In this document: positions 27,644 through 41,773 of the stretch, one piece after another
Layout of the letters: each line of letters opens with the position of its first letter
Numbering within the stretch: position 1 is the stretch's first letter
Assembly (NCBI RefSeq): GCF_009914755.1
Contig: NC_060928.1
Origin: the human T2T-CHM13v2.0 reference genome, Homo sapiens
Reading direction: 5' to 3' (one strand)
Length of the DNA stretch: 64,000 nucleotides
Program-made: the position numbers and the translations under genes
The notes under the pieces: generated by a model
Told to the model about the DNA's origin: nothing
What the model saw: the letters and a program-made list of their open reading frames with translations, nothing else
Database searches by the model: none

Positions 27644-29222
27644 TGCAAGTGGACAAATCTAAGCCATGTTCTGCTTGGTTCCTCTGACGATCCCAGCCAT
27701 CCAGCCCCAGGTGCCCGCAGGGGAGAAGTCCATGGACAATGCCCCCGTATGGGCCGCCTCCCTCCTGGCTCCCTCTCCCCAGCCCCACTCCTGTTGCCCT
27801 GGGCCCTTTAGAAATTAACTTCCTCTTCTGGAACTGGGTCTCCAGCTCTGCTTTCCAGAGAGGGGTGTGGGTGGGGGAACCAGCTTGAGGCAGGGAAGGA
27901 GCAGGGAGCAGGAACCCAGGCTGGCGGGCAGGTACCCAGGAGCCTCGAATGCCAGGTGCAGACACTGGGCTCCTTGGGCTCTCAGCAAATGAAAGTGGCT
28001 AAGTCTTTGTGCCTGAGGTGTCTGAATAACAGCAATTGCAGACTTGACCCAGGAGAGAGAGGGAGAGACCGACAGAGACCACAGGCACCCACACATACAC
28101 AACCGGAGAGAGAGAGGGAGGGAAGGAGAGAGACCCAGAGAGGAAGAAACAGGGAGACGCCGGGAAATGACAGGGGAAGAGACTGGGGTGGAAGGGAGGG
28201 AAAACAGAGTTGCTGGATGTGGAAGATCAGCCCTGCCACCCCTCCAGCCTGGGATTCTGTCTCATAGGACCTTCTGTTCACAGTTCTCCCAGGAACATTT
28301 GGGACCGGACCCTTCTGGATACCAGGGGCGGGATGGTGGCTTCATTCTGAGGATGGATGCCTGAGGGCATTGGGACTCCGTGTTCTCAGGGAGTCCTTGA
28401 AGAGAAAGGCTGAAGGGAAGGAAAAAATCAAGAGATGTTTCGCTCACATTAGCCTCCTGCCCTGAGGATTCTGAGCTCATCCCAGCTGCTGTGAGGGAGC
28501 CGTGGGACGGCATGCAGGGGTTCTTGCTGATGCTGAGTAATCTGACCTACTCTCCAAATAGCCAACTATCTGCTTTCTTGCACAGAAGGAAAGGGAAGTG
28601 GGAGGAGAGAAGACGCAGACACCAGTGGGCTCTGAACTTTCGTCAGGGAGAGGTCCCCATGTAGGTTTCTGAGCAGAAACGCCCAGGACCCGCAGGACCA
28701 GCGTCACCATTGTCCCACTGCCACTCCCTCTCCGGCCTCACTCTTCTCGTCTTTGCAGTGGGCATGTTCACACGCAACCCGCAGGCTGGCGGTGACGGTT
28801 TCGTGGGGCGATGTGCATGAGCAGGTGCTCATGAAGCCGGCCCCGCCCACACATGCAGATGGCGCGAAGAGGGGCTCCCCCAGCTCTCTGACTCTGACAG
28901 CTCAGTTTCCTGGGAGTCCTGCACCTCCCTGCTCCCCTAATGTGTTAACTGTCCTCCAGTGCTGGGAGGCCACGCAGGCAGGCAGCTGAGAACTCCCAGC
29001 TCACCCCCAAGCTAAGTATGCTTCAAGGTCTGACCCTAATGAGGGTCCCAAGCAGTGTACCCACGGGGCACTCCTGACCTCGCCACAGAGGAATCAAAGC
29101 TGAACAGACACGAGAACCCCAGTGCACACAAACCAGATGGCACAAGGACCAGACGTCTGAGCCGTTTAGCCAGCTCCGCCGCCCGCTGGGAAAGACACTG
29201 AATTCACAGAGACCTGTTTTTA

Positions 29223-29810
<588 letters not shown>

Positions 29811-30807
29811 TTACCTTTTATTTTTGCAGGGGTGGGTGAGTAAATGAATGGATGCACAGGATAAAACTCAGAATGGTGAGAACCCAAACAAGGTAACTGT
29901 TACTGTATATAAAAGTTTAAAAAATAATAGTACTGAAACAACACCACCACTAGATAAGCACCCTCCTATGCTGGGCACACAGCATTCCCTTATGCTACCT
30001 AGAAGCCCTCACTGAGCCTGCACCACCATCGCCCTTGCACAGATGAGGAAACCGAGGCTGACTCAGCAGAGGGGAGTTCCCAGGGTCATGGAACCGGAGG
30101 TGGCAGTGCCAGGACTGAAGACCAGGCCCGTAGTGCACTGTGAAGTCACACAGTAGGTTGAAGTTGTTCTGCCAGGGTGAGTCTGGATTCTGGAATGTTC
30201 GTCCACTACACCAGGGTCAGTGCCTGCCCACTTGTGCCCTTCCTCCTGGGAAATCACTCCCCATAGCTTATTAACCCCCAGGGGGAACTGAAGGTACCTG
30301 CTGCTGCCCATGGCCAAGGTGGCCACACCTGCCCCTCGGGGCTGGAGGCCAGGAGCAGAGGCGCCAGCCAGCCTGGCAGAAGGGACTCTGGGGGCAGGGC
30401 CAGAGGCGATGAAGAGTGGCCATCACAGCCCAAGGCTTAGCCATGCCCTGCCTCCCCTCTCTCCCGCCTTTCTCAGGGTCTCTGGGGCCCCCTCCTGGCT
30501 GTGGCCTCCCCCGGGCTGGGTTTCCTGGTGGCCCTCTGGAGTGCAAGAGACCTGGACTGGGCCGACTGGACCGTCCCACACCCTGACCAACTGTGAGACC
30601 CAGGTGTTTCCTGAGCCCTCGCTGCTCCTCCTCCATAAAAGGGAGCTGGCACTGGCCTTGCAGGGCTAGCGAGGGGCAGAATGGCATAGGAGAAGGGACT
30701 TCAGGGAGATGTGCAATAAGCATCTTCAGGCCAGGAGCTGGAGGTTTTAGATCGATCGATGGATTGATTTGGTAAAGTCTGGAACTTGGGTGAAAAGGCA
30801 GACTAGG

Positions 30808-31428
30808 CTGCATTCACTCAATGGCTTCTTGCTGCCAATTAAAACTGTAGGTGTGCAGGGTGACTGTCGTTCCTACAGTTACGTGTGTGGCATCTCCAGT
30901 AAAGATGAACCTGACTAGGAATCACTTATTTTTCTGGCTAGGCTTATGCCTCGCATGTGTCACAACGTTAACAGAGTTATTTGTATATTTGGCCCACCAG
31001 TTAAAGAACCTCCTACAGATGTTACTCCCACTTTCTTGACAACAGGGGTGCTCAGTACTTTACGCCAAGCTGATTTTGAGGCCCATAACATTCTCAGGGA
31101 GTCTGGGTATGCTGGGAAAATCAGCCAGATGCCGGTGATTTTGACACCATTACATTTTGATAGGGACCCACTTCAAAAGCAGCCTTCATGCCAGAGATCT
31201 GTGGTTATTCGAACCTTTATTACTAGTGACTCCCTGACTGGTATACCTGCAACACCTGGCAATGAGATCCCTGTAGAGGTGGTATTAAAGATGCTCACTG
31301 AGATTAAGAAGATTCCTGGTATTTCTCGAATTATGTATGACTTAACATCAAAGCCCCCAGGAACTACTGAGTGGGAGTAATAAACTTCTTGTTCTATTAA
31401 AAAAAAAAAAAAAAAAACAGAAAGAAAA
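30808..31428 (+). pseudogene. GMPSP1: 5'-truncated processed pseudogene of GMP synthase (GMPS), probably GMPSP1
   Basis: Intronless frame LHSLNGFLLPIKTVGVQGDCRSYSYVCGISSKDEPD*ESLIFLARL...RIMYDLTSKPPGTTEWE* matches the GMPS C-terminus. Premature TAG at 30916-30918, poly(A) from about 31399, and perfect 16-bp TSD GAAAAGGCAGACTAGG at 30792-30807 and 31429-31444. Confidence 0.95.
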
Positions 31429-34400
31429 GAAAAGGCAGACTAGGAAAACTGAGGACTCCAGGAGTCAGAGGTGGGCAGGAGAGGAGACAGCGGCGCAGGG
31501 CCACCACAAGTTTGTGTCATCCGGTCCACCCTGACCCACTTCACAGCTGGGGACACCCAGGCTCAGAGAGGTTGAGTGCTCTGCCCAAGGTCACACAGCC
31601 AGCTTTTGGTAGAGCCAGGAACACCAAGGTGAAGTACATTCTAATCCCAGTGTCTTTAGTGAATTGGACGGACCAAGGGGGACTGCCAGAGCATTTTATC
31701 AGATCACTGTCATCCTTGTCTTTTCAGAAAGTCAGGCTCTGTTTATTATTTGCTCTCTCAAGGTACAAACAGACCTGGGACCTTCCTGTGTTTTCTTATC
31801 CAGAAGAGACACTGCCTTTCCGGGGGCCATAGGGGAAGGGAGTGGACGCTAATGCACCGACAGCTACACGACAAAGGCCTGACGCCAGAGCAACCCTCAA
31901 GTGACTGAGTGTCCTTGGCACTTCACCTGCGTGATCTCCTCCCAACAGAGCCGGAGGCTGCTACCTGCATTTCACAGGTGAGAAAACCAAGGCACACGAG
32001 GCCATGCCCTCCCCAGTAGCCAGCAAATGGCAGAGTAGAAGCACAGACCGTAAGTCTGCTTGGCACACAGCACAGTCACAGCTGGAATCATGAACCTCAC
32101 CTTGCCTTCCTTCGTTTAATCACAAACGGTGCTTCCGTGTGGGCTGGGGAGGAAGAGAGGTTGAATCCTGTATTTTTAGTGGCTTAAAACAGCATTTATT
32201 TTTGCAGTTTCTGTGGGTCAGGAATCAGGTGCCTCTGGCTGAAGGCCACTCATGAGGTTGCAGTCAGCGCTGGCAGGGTCTGTGGTCTCATCTGAAAGTT
32301 CACTGGGGGAGGATCCACCTCTGAACCTGCTCATGCATGAGCCTCATTTGTGAGATGAACAAACTGAGTCTTAGAGAGGTTAAGGGTCTCACTCCAGAAA
32401 ATACAGCTGGAAGGATCAGGGCCAGGTGAATTCATCAGCCTGTGCGGAGACGGGCTCCAGGTGGATGCAGCTCCTGGGGCTTCCCAGGGCATGGAACCCA
32501 CTGTCTTCTGTCTTTGCTGGCAGCTGCCACCGTGGGCACCCACAGCACACTCCTCAGACATCCATCCACAAATCCCAGCCAGGCCAGGCCTTTCTGTAAT
32601 CCCGTCCTGACTTCATAGATGTCTCCGAGGCTCAGGTGGGGCAGCTGCCCAGGGTCACACACTGGGGGTTTGGTGGAGGTGGGATGCAAACCAGGTCTTC
32701 TGGCCGAAAGCCCCTGTTCTTGCTCCATCAAACAGCTTCCTGTGTCCAGTGGCAGAGACACCTGAGCCCCAGTGCAGGGCCTCACCTTGATACAATCAAC
32801 TCGTGACCTGGTCATCACAAGCATGGTGCCACGGGCATGGCCGAAGACACCCCCAGGGAGGCAAGTATGATGGTGGAGTCCAGGCTGAGGGGCCAGAGTG
32901 CCTGGGCCGTCCCCACGTTCATCCCACTCCCCAGCAGGAGATGTTGGGAGCTCCCCACCCCTGCATCATCTCTCAGCTCGTCACTCTAAAGAGTGAAGCC
33001 AGAAGCTCCCACCTCACAGGCTACACTGGTGATCAGATGGGGCAGCCCAGTGGAGCGGTAGCTGAGTCAGCACATGCAGGATACATGCACGGGACACTGT
33101 CCCTCCACTGCAGAGATCCATGCACGTTCTCTGCCGTTCAGTGCAGTACTACTGTATGCCTAAGGGCTGGGGATCTCACAACTGGAGAGAGCCAGATGAA
33201 GCCCAGCCCACCACTTCCTGGGCAAGCCATGCCCCTCTCCCATCCATGGAAGGGGTTGGTTTAGGAACGTGCACTCAGGGTGCTCCCACTGAGGGGAAGC
33301 ACAGGAGGGTCTCAGCCTAGCGCCTGTCCAAGACCAGAGCTCAATCCTGGGTGCTGCTGTTGTTCTTCTGATTTTCCGCTAGAGGACAGCGGCGGGTCAG
33401 GGCCGTCCTCTCCAGGCTGACACTAACTGGGCCTGTAAATGTCAGGGGAGCTGTAGAGGTTGGTGCTCTGTCTACACACGAGGAGGGACTTGCTCAAAGC
33501 TACCAGGGAGAGCTGCCCCCGGCTCCCAGGACCCATCACACGCTTGTTCACAATGGGCACTTGTGGAGAGACACACCACAGACAGGTATTGCAAACTTGT
33601 CGGGGGAGCCTAAAGGACTGCAAACTTGTGGGAGGAGTCGGGGCCCCCGTGTCAGGGGCTGCTGAAGACTGAGGCCCTAGGAGCCCCCTGTGCAAGGTGT
33701 GCTGTCCTTGGGCTGGGCCAGGGACTCTGGGCCCCTGAAGAGGGACACCTCTTTTGTCTATAAACTTTCTCAGAAACACCATCCTCCATACACTTGCACC
33801 AACAAATGGCTTTTATTATCACACTAATGACATTTCTTCTGATTGCAAAAATAATCATCTTCTGATTTTAAAAGTAATGCACATGAAAAATACAGAAAGA
33901 GGATAATGAACATTTATTCACTCCAACCTGTCACTCTGATGACCACAGCAAATGTTTCCACATTCTTCTGTCCAACTTTTTTCTTCTTAAGAGCATTTTT
34001 AGAAGCACGATGTTTTGAGATCTCGCCTGCCTGGGGGAATACATTGAGACTGTCTCCCACGCAGTCACTGTTCTACTGGAACATTGCCAGTCACTCTCAG
34101 TGGCTCCTGACTCCCTGCTGGGCTGGGCAGACCCCTGGTGTCAGGGACCAAGCTGGCTTTGGGGAGGGTGGGTCCCGGGGAGGGGTGAGGTCCAGCTCCT
34201 GTTGCCAGGTCAGAAGGGCGCAGTTCAGGTCCTGTGTGGCCTCAGTGTTACCCACCCCACTGGCCTCAGCCGTTCATTTGTGAAGCTGGGATTCCCCCAC
34301 TCAGGGGGTCCAACTGTCCCTGCTCTGCCAGAGCACCCACCTTTCCTTTGCCTCTCTCTGTGTCTTGCTCTGGCCTCAGGGTATACTGCTTATCCCAGAG

Positions 34401-34650
34401 AGAAACAACGGAACCAGCCACTGGCTGCTGCGGGGCCTCTGCTTCTGCTGCTTGGGGTCTGGGTCCAGCAGTGTCCATCGTTATGTGGGATCTTCCAGCC
34501 TATCGTGGGCGGCCTCCACGCAGGGGGCCATGCCTGCCCTTCAAGGCCACCTTTCACCCTTCACTCCCTCACTCGCCCTGCGAACCCCTCCTAGCTGTGG
34601 GAGACTCGCCTCACGGGGACCCTGTCAAATCTCCATCCCTTTTAGGGTAG

Positions 34651-35082
<432 letters not shown>

Positions 35083-35094
35083 ATGTGTTCTTAA

Positions 35095-35443
<349 letters not shown>

Positions 35444-36954
35444 TCACACACATCTTGTACACATCAGTGAAGCCCCTTCTCATGTGAATTCTGAGTCCAC
35501 CATCTTAGAATAAAAGGAGGCGGCAGGGAGGCTGCCACAGTGTGGACGCTCCTGTCGTTAGGGAGTTCTTGACAATGAGAAGGGAGCAGAGGTGTCTTGC
35601 TCCAGCTCTCACACAATCCCGGCCTCCCTCAGCCTGCCGGAGCTGTGGGGGTGTCGGCGGAGAAGGAAAATGCCTCCCCACAGTCTGGCAGGTGGGGAGG
35701 TGCCTGCTCGGTAACTCAGCCCCATGCCCTCGCTGGAAGGTGCACAGAGCGTGCCCAGCTAAGCCCTTCCAGATGCAGATGGGGAGACTGAGGCTGGGAT
35801 TTTAAATGCAGCCTCTTGACACAGCTCAGCCCCGGGAGGGGACCTGACGGGCTGGGGAGAGCAGAGGTCAGAACCTCTAGCACAGAAGAGCTCCAAGTCT
35901 CTGCAACTTTAGCCATGGGAGGTGCCTGGGTGCAGACCCAGCTTGGGGCTTCCAGAGTAAGAATGTGTCCAAGCTGCTGGGCTGCGCAGACCCGGTCTCT
36001 GCCCTTGGAAATGGGGAAGGCTGCACAGACCTCACTAAGGGGTGGGGGGCGGGGGTGACACCCAAGTCAGAGGCACAAAGAGAAGCACTCAGAGAGGCCC
36101 CTGGTCCCCGCCAGGCTCCTGACCTGCAGAGGGTCCATGGTAGAGAGTGGCCTGGGACTAATCTCTTCTCAGCCCCAGGGCCTGGCCTCCCTGGTCTAGT
36201 GGCCAGGGCACACACCTGTGGCCACCAGGAGCTTGCGGCCCTCCAGGAATTCCAGGGCTCTGGCCAGGTTCCTGAGGATGGAGCCGCTGGAGGCTCAGTC
36301 ACAGCTCAGCTCCGGCAGGGTGTCAGTCAGCAGGGACCTCCGTGTGGCTGTGGGGTCAGAGAGCTCACCCCATGAACAGCGGACTCTTAGCGCCTGCTGT
36401 GGGCAGGCTGAAAGTGTCGCCCCATGTGGCCAGGCTTCCTGGGTTTTCAAGAACAGCAGGATGTCTGGCTTTCGGGGGAATCTCCACCAGCTTTATTGCT
36501 GGAAACACACTGGGAAGTCTTTAAATCTCACCCCAGCGCACTGAGGGCCACTGACAAGGGTGATGCTCGGGCAATGTGAGCTCCCAAGGTGGGGCCTGTC
36601 CGAAATCCCTGGTCCTGGAGCAGTGCCCAGTGAATGTGGGGGAAGGAAGCCTCTAGTAGGAGGGACAGGGCAGAGACCCAGTGACTATTGTTACCAGATT
36701 GCAACGAGCAGGGCATTATAGAGGTAAATTTGGTGTTTTCCTAATTAAAAGCAAAGAAAAATGTCAAACAATTCACACCTCATTCATTCATTCACATAGA
36801 TAACAAGAAATGCTTGGGAAGTTCCTGCCCAGCCCCGAGGACCAGCTCAGGCCCCAAGTCCAGCACTTTCCCCGTCCCCACTGAGTCACAGCGTAAGTCA
36901 CCTGACAGGGCTGGGTCAGGATCACCTGGGTGCCCGATAAAAATACACATCAGG

Positions 36955-37578
36955 GGTGTGTGTGTGTGTGCATGAATGTACATATGTCTCTGTGTGTGTG
37001 AGAGTGTATATATGTGTACATATGTGAGTGCACCTGTGTATATGTGCATGTGTGTATGTATGTGCACACATGTGTATGTGCATATGTGTATATATGTGTA
37101 TCTGTGTGCATGTATGTGTATGCATGTGTGCATGTGTGTGTACATGCATCTGTGTGCATGTGTGTGTATATATGTGAATGCACCCGCATGTATGTGTATG
37201 TGTGTAGGTATGTGCACATGTGTGTATGTGTCTATGTGTATATGTGTGCGCATGCATGTATGTGTATGTATATGTGCACATGTATCTGTGTGTCCATGTG
37301 TCTGTGTGCACATGTGTATGTGTATATATGTGTGTGAGTGCACTTGTGTTTATGTGTATGTGTGTGCTTGTATGTGTATGCATGTGTGCATGTGTCTCTG
37401 TGTGTACATATGTCTCTGTGTGTATGTGTATACGTGTGTGTGTGAGTGCACCTGTGTGTATGTGTATATGGGTATATGTATGTGCACACGTGTGTGTATG
37501 TGTGCATATGTGTGTGCGTGCATGTATGTGTATGCATGTGCGCACATGTGTGTCTGTGTGTGTGTGTCTCTGTGTGTA
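36955..37578. repeat. Compound (TG/TA/CA)n alternating purine-pyrimidine array, ~620 bp
   Basis: Continuous tgtgtatgtgcatg-type sequence. Confidence 0.95.
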
Positions 37579-37823
37579 GGTCATTGTTTTAAGCCCTGAA
37601 TGTTGATTAACTCGTTTATTCCTCATAAATACCCGATGAAGTAGGCCAACTACCTATTGTTCTTCCAGCACAAACACCAGGAAAGGGAGGCACAGAGAGG
37701 TTAAGAAACTTGCCCTGTGTCACACAGCCAGTCACAAAGGCGGTGCCCAGCTCCTGGGGGTTCAGGGTGCCTGTGTCTGTCAAGGCCCCTGGTGAGCATC
37801 TGAAGGTAAGAGTGCTGTTTGGA

Positions 37824-37995
37824 ACAGAGGTTCCCAGAGTCACCTGATGACAAGCATCGCTTAGGAGCTTGTTAAAAATCCAGATTTCTGGGCCCCACTC
37901 TGGGAGATCCTGATACAGGGGGTCCCGAGTCAAGAATCTGAATCTTTAAGGACATCCCAGGTGACTCTATCTTGAGCGAGTTTGGGGACCAGTCC
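37824..37995. mobile_element. MER5-type hAT MITE
   Basis: gagcttgttaaaaatccagatttctgggcccc...gaatctgaatcttt...cccaggtgact...tttggggacca. Confidence 0.7.
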
Positions 37996-40315
37996 CTCTG
38001 GGCACCACATGAGAGGTCCTGCCCATCTTTGCTGGCCTTGCACTGGGCCCTATGGCACAAAATAGGTGCTCAGTAAATGTTTACTGGACTCCCAGCTAGC
38101 TGCCGTGACGGCCCAGCTGCAGAAACCGGCTTGGGTGAGACTGGTCAGGTTCTCCTCATCCCAGCAGAGCAGGGCCTGGAATCTGTTCCTAGGGCCCAGC
38201 CTCTCTCCTCTCTGAGCAGGGAACAGGGAGGTGGTCTGAAACCCCCAAAGCCCTGGGCAGACTGGACCGGCCCAGGAGCGCCTCAGCCAAGCTCCCTGCG
38301 GTGGCTCCTCCCCACCCTGCTTGGGAATTCTGGCCCAGGAGAGCTAACAGTTCTGACAGCTGATAAGGAGGAGGAAGGTCAGGGAGGAGAAAGCCCTTCC
38401 CAGGGTGGGGTGGGGCAGGCAGGCCACAGCAGCACAGCCAATGACCCAGGCCGGCCGCCCAGGTCATCTGATTGGAGCCCAGAGGCCAGGCTCACTAAAA
38501 ATGTGCACCTTCTTGCCTGGACAGGGTGCTGGGCTGTGTGGCTGTCCTGAGGAACTGTGATAGCAACAGCTGTGGCCCTGCAGCAGGTGGTGGGCCCGGG
38601 ATCCAGCCTCCCCTCTTCCCTTCCCTGGCAGGGTAAGTTCCAGAGCATTTTGCTGGGTCTGCGCTTGGAAAGCCCTCCCTGCCGAGGCTAAAGCCCTCAG
38701 CCCCATGCTCAGTGTCACCTGTCGAGACAGGTGAGGCCGGAGAGGGTTTTCATGGGGAGGGTGCACCCAAAACTCGAAACTCACCTGGCCAGAAGCAGCA
38801 GGGCGGGTGCTGCCTCGAATGGGGTTTCAGGCGAAGGGCCAGCCTGGTGTTCCCATGTATGAGAAATGGGCCAATAGCCTGATGGGTGGAGCTGGATGCT
38901 GTCAGGGTGGCAGGATGAGGTGGGAGTGCTGTCTCCCCAGGATCCCGACGACTGGGCGGGCAGGGTGCCTGGTGGAAAGGTGAGGTGCCAAGAGGCTGTG
39001 GCCAGGGGTTCTGATCCCAGCTTGCCACTGAGTGATTCCACCCTCCGTGCCTCAGTTTCCCCATCTGTAAGATGAGGCATTGGTGTTGGTGCCCAGGGCA
39101 GTGTCCGCATGTGGCCAGCAGCCATAGTTGATGGAAACAGTGCAATGCTGGTGACCCTGGAGGACGCAGGAGCCCTGGGCGGGCCCAGAGTCAGTCTTCC
39201 CCTGCACCCTGTGTCTTTCATGCTGCCCCTGCCCTCCCGCTACACCAGTGCCAGGGGTCTCAGAGGGGTTCCAGTGGCTCTCTGCATCTCCGAAGCCTCA
39301 GTCCCCCTCATGGGGCCAGGGTTCCCACCTGCCACTGGGGATGAGACCGCCTTCTCTCAGGGCTGGACTTGGGAGTGGGTTTTGAAGGAGGCAGGGACTG
39401 GACGCAGAGGCTGTTGGGGCAGTGGGGAGGCGCAGGGGCCTGACCCAGAGGAGGGCAGAGGAGAGGCTGCCCTGGGGGTGAGGGGGATCCATGGCCCCTG
39501 GCAAGGGGTGGGGCCTCTGTGAGCCTCAGTTTCTCAGCATGCCATCCGCCTGGCGACCTTGCCTCCCTCTCCCGCTGGGGCTATAGAATGGTCTGGAGCC
39601 CTCTGTGGCAGCAGCAGCCCCAGGCGAGTTCTGTTCACTACGAAGGAGCCCGTCCTCATCCTCCCCCTCGTTTACAGAGGAAGGCCGGCGCTCAAGGTGG
39701 CAGGACTGGCTGAGGACCACGGCAGGTCACGCCTGGGGCTAGGATGCCCTTCCAAAGCCCTGCCTCGGTTTCCTGGTGCTGTGGGAACAATGACCAGAAA
39801 CCGGCCCTGCCCCACGCATCTCTGTGATTAACTCACTCCCTGTACAGTAGAGGGAGGCGTGGCCCAGGGAGGCTCCCGGGCTGGCCTGAGGCCCATGGCA
39901 AGCAGCCCCACCCAAGCAGGCGGCTCCAGGCTTGGCTGGGATCCCGCAGTGACGCTTGGGTGTCTTTGGGCCTTAAAAGTTCATCAAACTTGTTCCACCC
40001 TACAGGGACTTTTTGTTTGTTTTTCTTTTAATAGACTGAATTCTTTGGAATCCTCTTAGATTTACAAAACAGTCAGGAAGACAGTTCAGAGAGTTCTCGT
40101 AAAACCCCACCCAGCGGCCTCTATGATTAGCATCTCACCTTGGTATGGTACATTTGTCATAACTAATGAGCCAATACCACCAATGCCTGATTACCAGCTG
40201 CAGCCCACACCTGACTCAGATTTCCTTCGTCTTTACCTAACGCCTTCGCCTGCCCCGGGATCCCACCCAGGACCCCACTTTGTATTTAGTCCTCCTATGC
40301 AAGTCCATGGTGGTG

Positions 40316-40470
40316 GGCATTCACCACCATGCCCAACTAATTTTTGTATTTTTAGTAGATACGGGGTTTCACCATGTTGGCCAGGCTGGTCTCGAACTCC
40401 TGACCTCATGATCCGCCCACCTCAGCCTCCCAAAGTGCTGTATTACAGGCATGAGCCACTGCGCCTGGCC
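40316..40470 (-). mobile_element. 3'-truncated Alu (left monomer plus linker, no poly-A)
   Basis: Alu 5' end at 40470; breaks off just after ...TTAGTTGGGCATGGTGGTGAATGCC. Confidence 0.85.
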
Positions 40471-40814
40471 GTGTGTCTTTTCTTTTAGGCCCTCTCAGCT
40501 GACAGAGCATGAAGGCATATATGTGTACACCAACCATGTATATATGCATGTCTCTAAGTATGCCTAGATGCAATATCTGTATCTCTATTAGGTTAAATGT
40601 GAGTTCATACTGACGTCTCCAACTCAAATCCATTATTACTAAGTGGATTCCAGCTCTGCCCCACCAGCAATCTGTAACCGCCCACTCCAACATTGAGACA
40701 CCTGGCTTTCACCATTAGCCATCCATTGACTTAACAGTTCTGTTCCAGTCTACATGTACGGAAGTATCAGAATGGCTGACCCATACCCCTGTGGGAGGCA
40801 ACTTTATTCATTAA

Positions 40815-41196
<382 letters not shown>

Positions 41197-41197
41197 T

Positions 41198-41393
41198 GAG
41201 ATTGTCGTATACATTTGTGATACAGTTATTAATTGTTTTGTCAATCTCACGAGATTGTCGTATACATTTGTGATACAGTTAATTCTTTTGTCAATCTCAT
41301 GAGATTGTCGTATACATTTGTGATACAGTTAATTGTTTTGTCAATCTCATGAGATTGTCGTATACATTTGTGATACAGTTAATTGTTTTGTCA
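41198..41393. repeat. 50-bp minisatellite, ~4 copies
   Basis: GAGATTGTCGTATACATTTGTGATACAGTTAATTGTTTTGTCAATCTCAT units start at 41198, 41251, 41301 and 41351. Confidence 0.95.
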
Positions 41394-41476
41394 CATTTCA
41401 CATTCATCCTGGGAGTCCCCTGTCTGCCTAGGTTTGTTCTTTTTTTTTTTTTTCTTTAAAATATGATTTGCGTACA

Positions 41477-41773
41477 TAGGGTGCGGTGGCTCACACCTGT
41501 AATCCTAGCACTTTGGGAGGCTGAGGCGGGTGGATCACTTGAGGTCAGGAGTTCGACACCAGTCTGACCAACATGATCAAACCCCATCTCTACTAAAAAT
41601 ACAAAAATTAGCCAGGAGTGTTTGCGGGTGCCTGTAGTCGCAGCTACTCAGGAGGCTGAAGCAGGAGAATCACTTGAACCCGGGATGCGGAGGTTGTGGG
41701 GAGCCGAGATTGAGCAGTTACACTACAGCCTGGGCAACAAGAGCGAAACTCCGTCTCAAAAAAAACAAAAAAA
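41477..41773 (+). mobile_element. Alu (AluS-type)
   Basis: Alu consensus with A-rich tail. Confidence 0.9.

Noticed and set aside
36792-37626. Cys/Val- and His/Thr-rich ORFs
   Set aside because: Translation of the TG/CA array; not metallothionein- or keratin-like genes.
41198-41393. CRISPR-like appearance (palindromic repeats at regular spacing)
   Set aside because: Intervening sequences are near-identical, so there are no unique spacers. No cas genes and a mammalian context.
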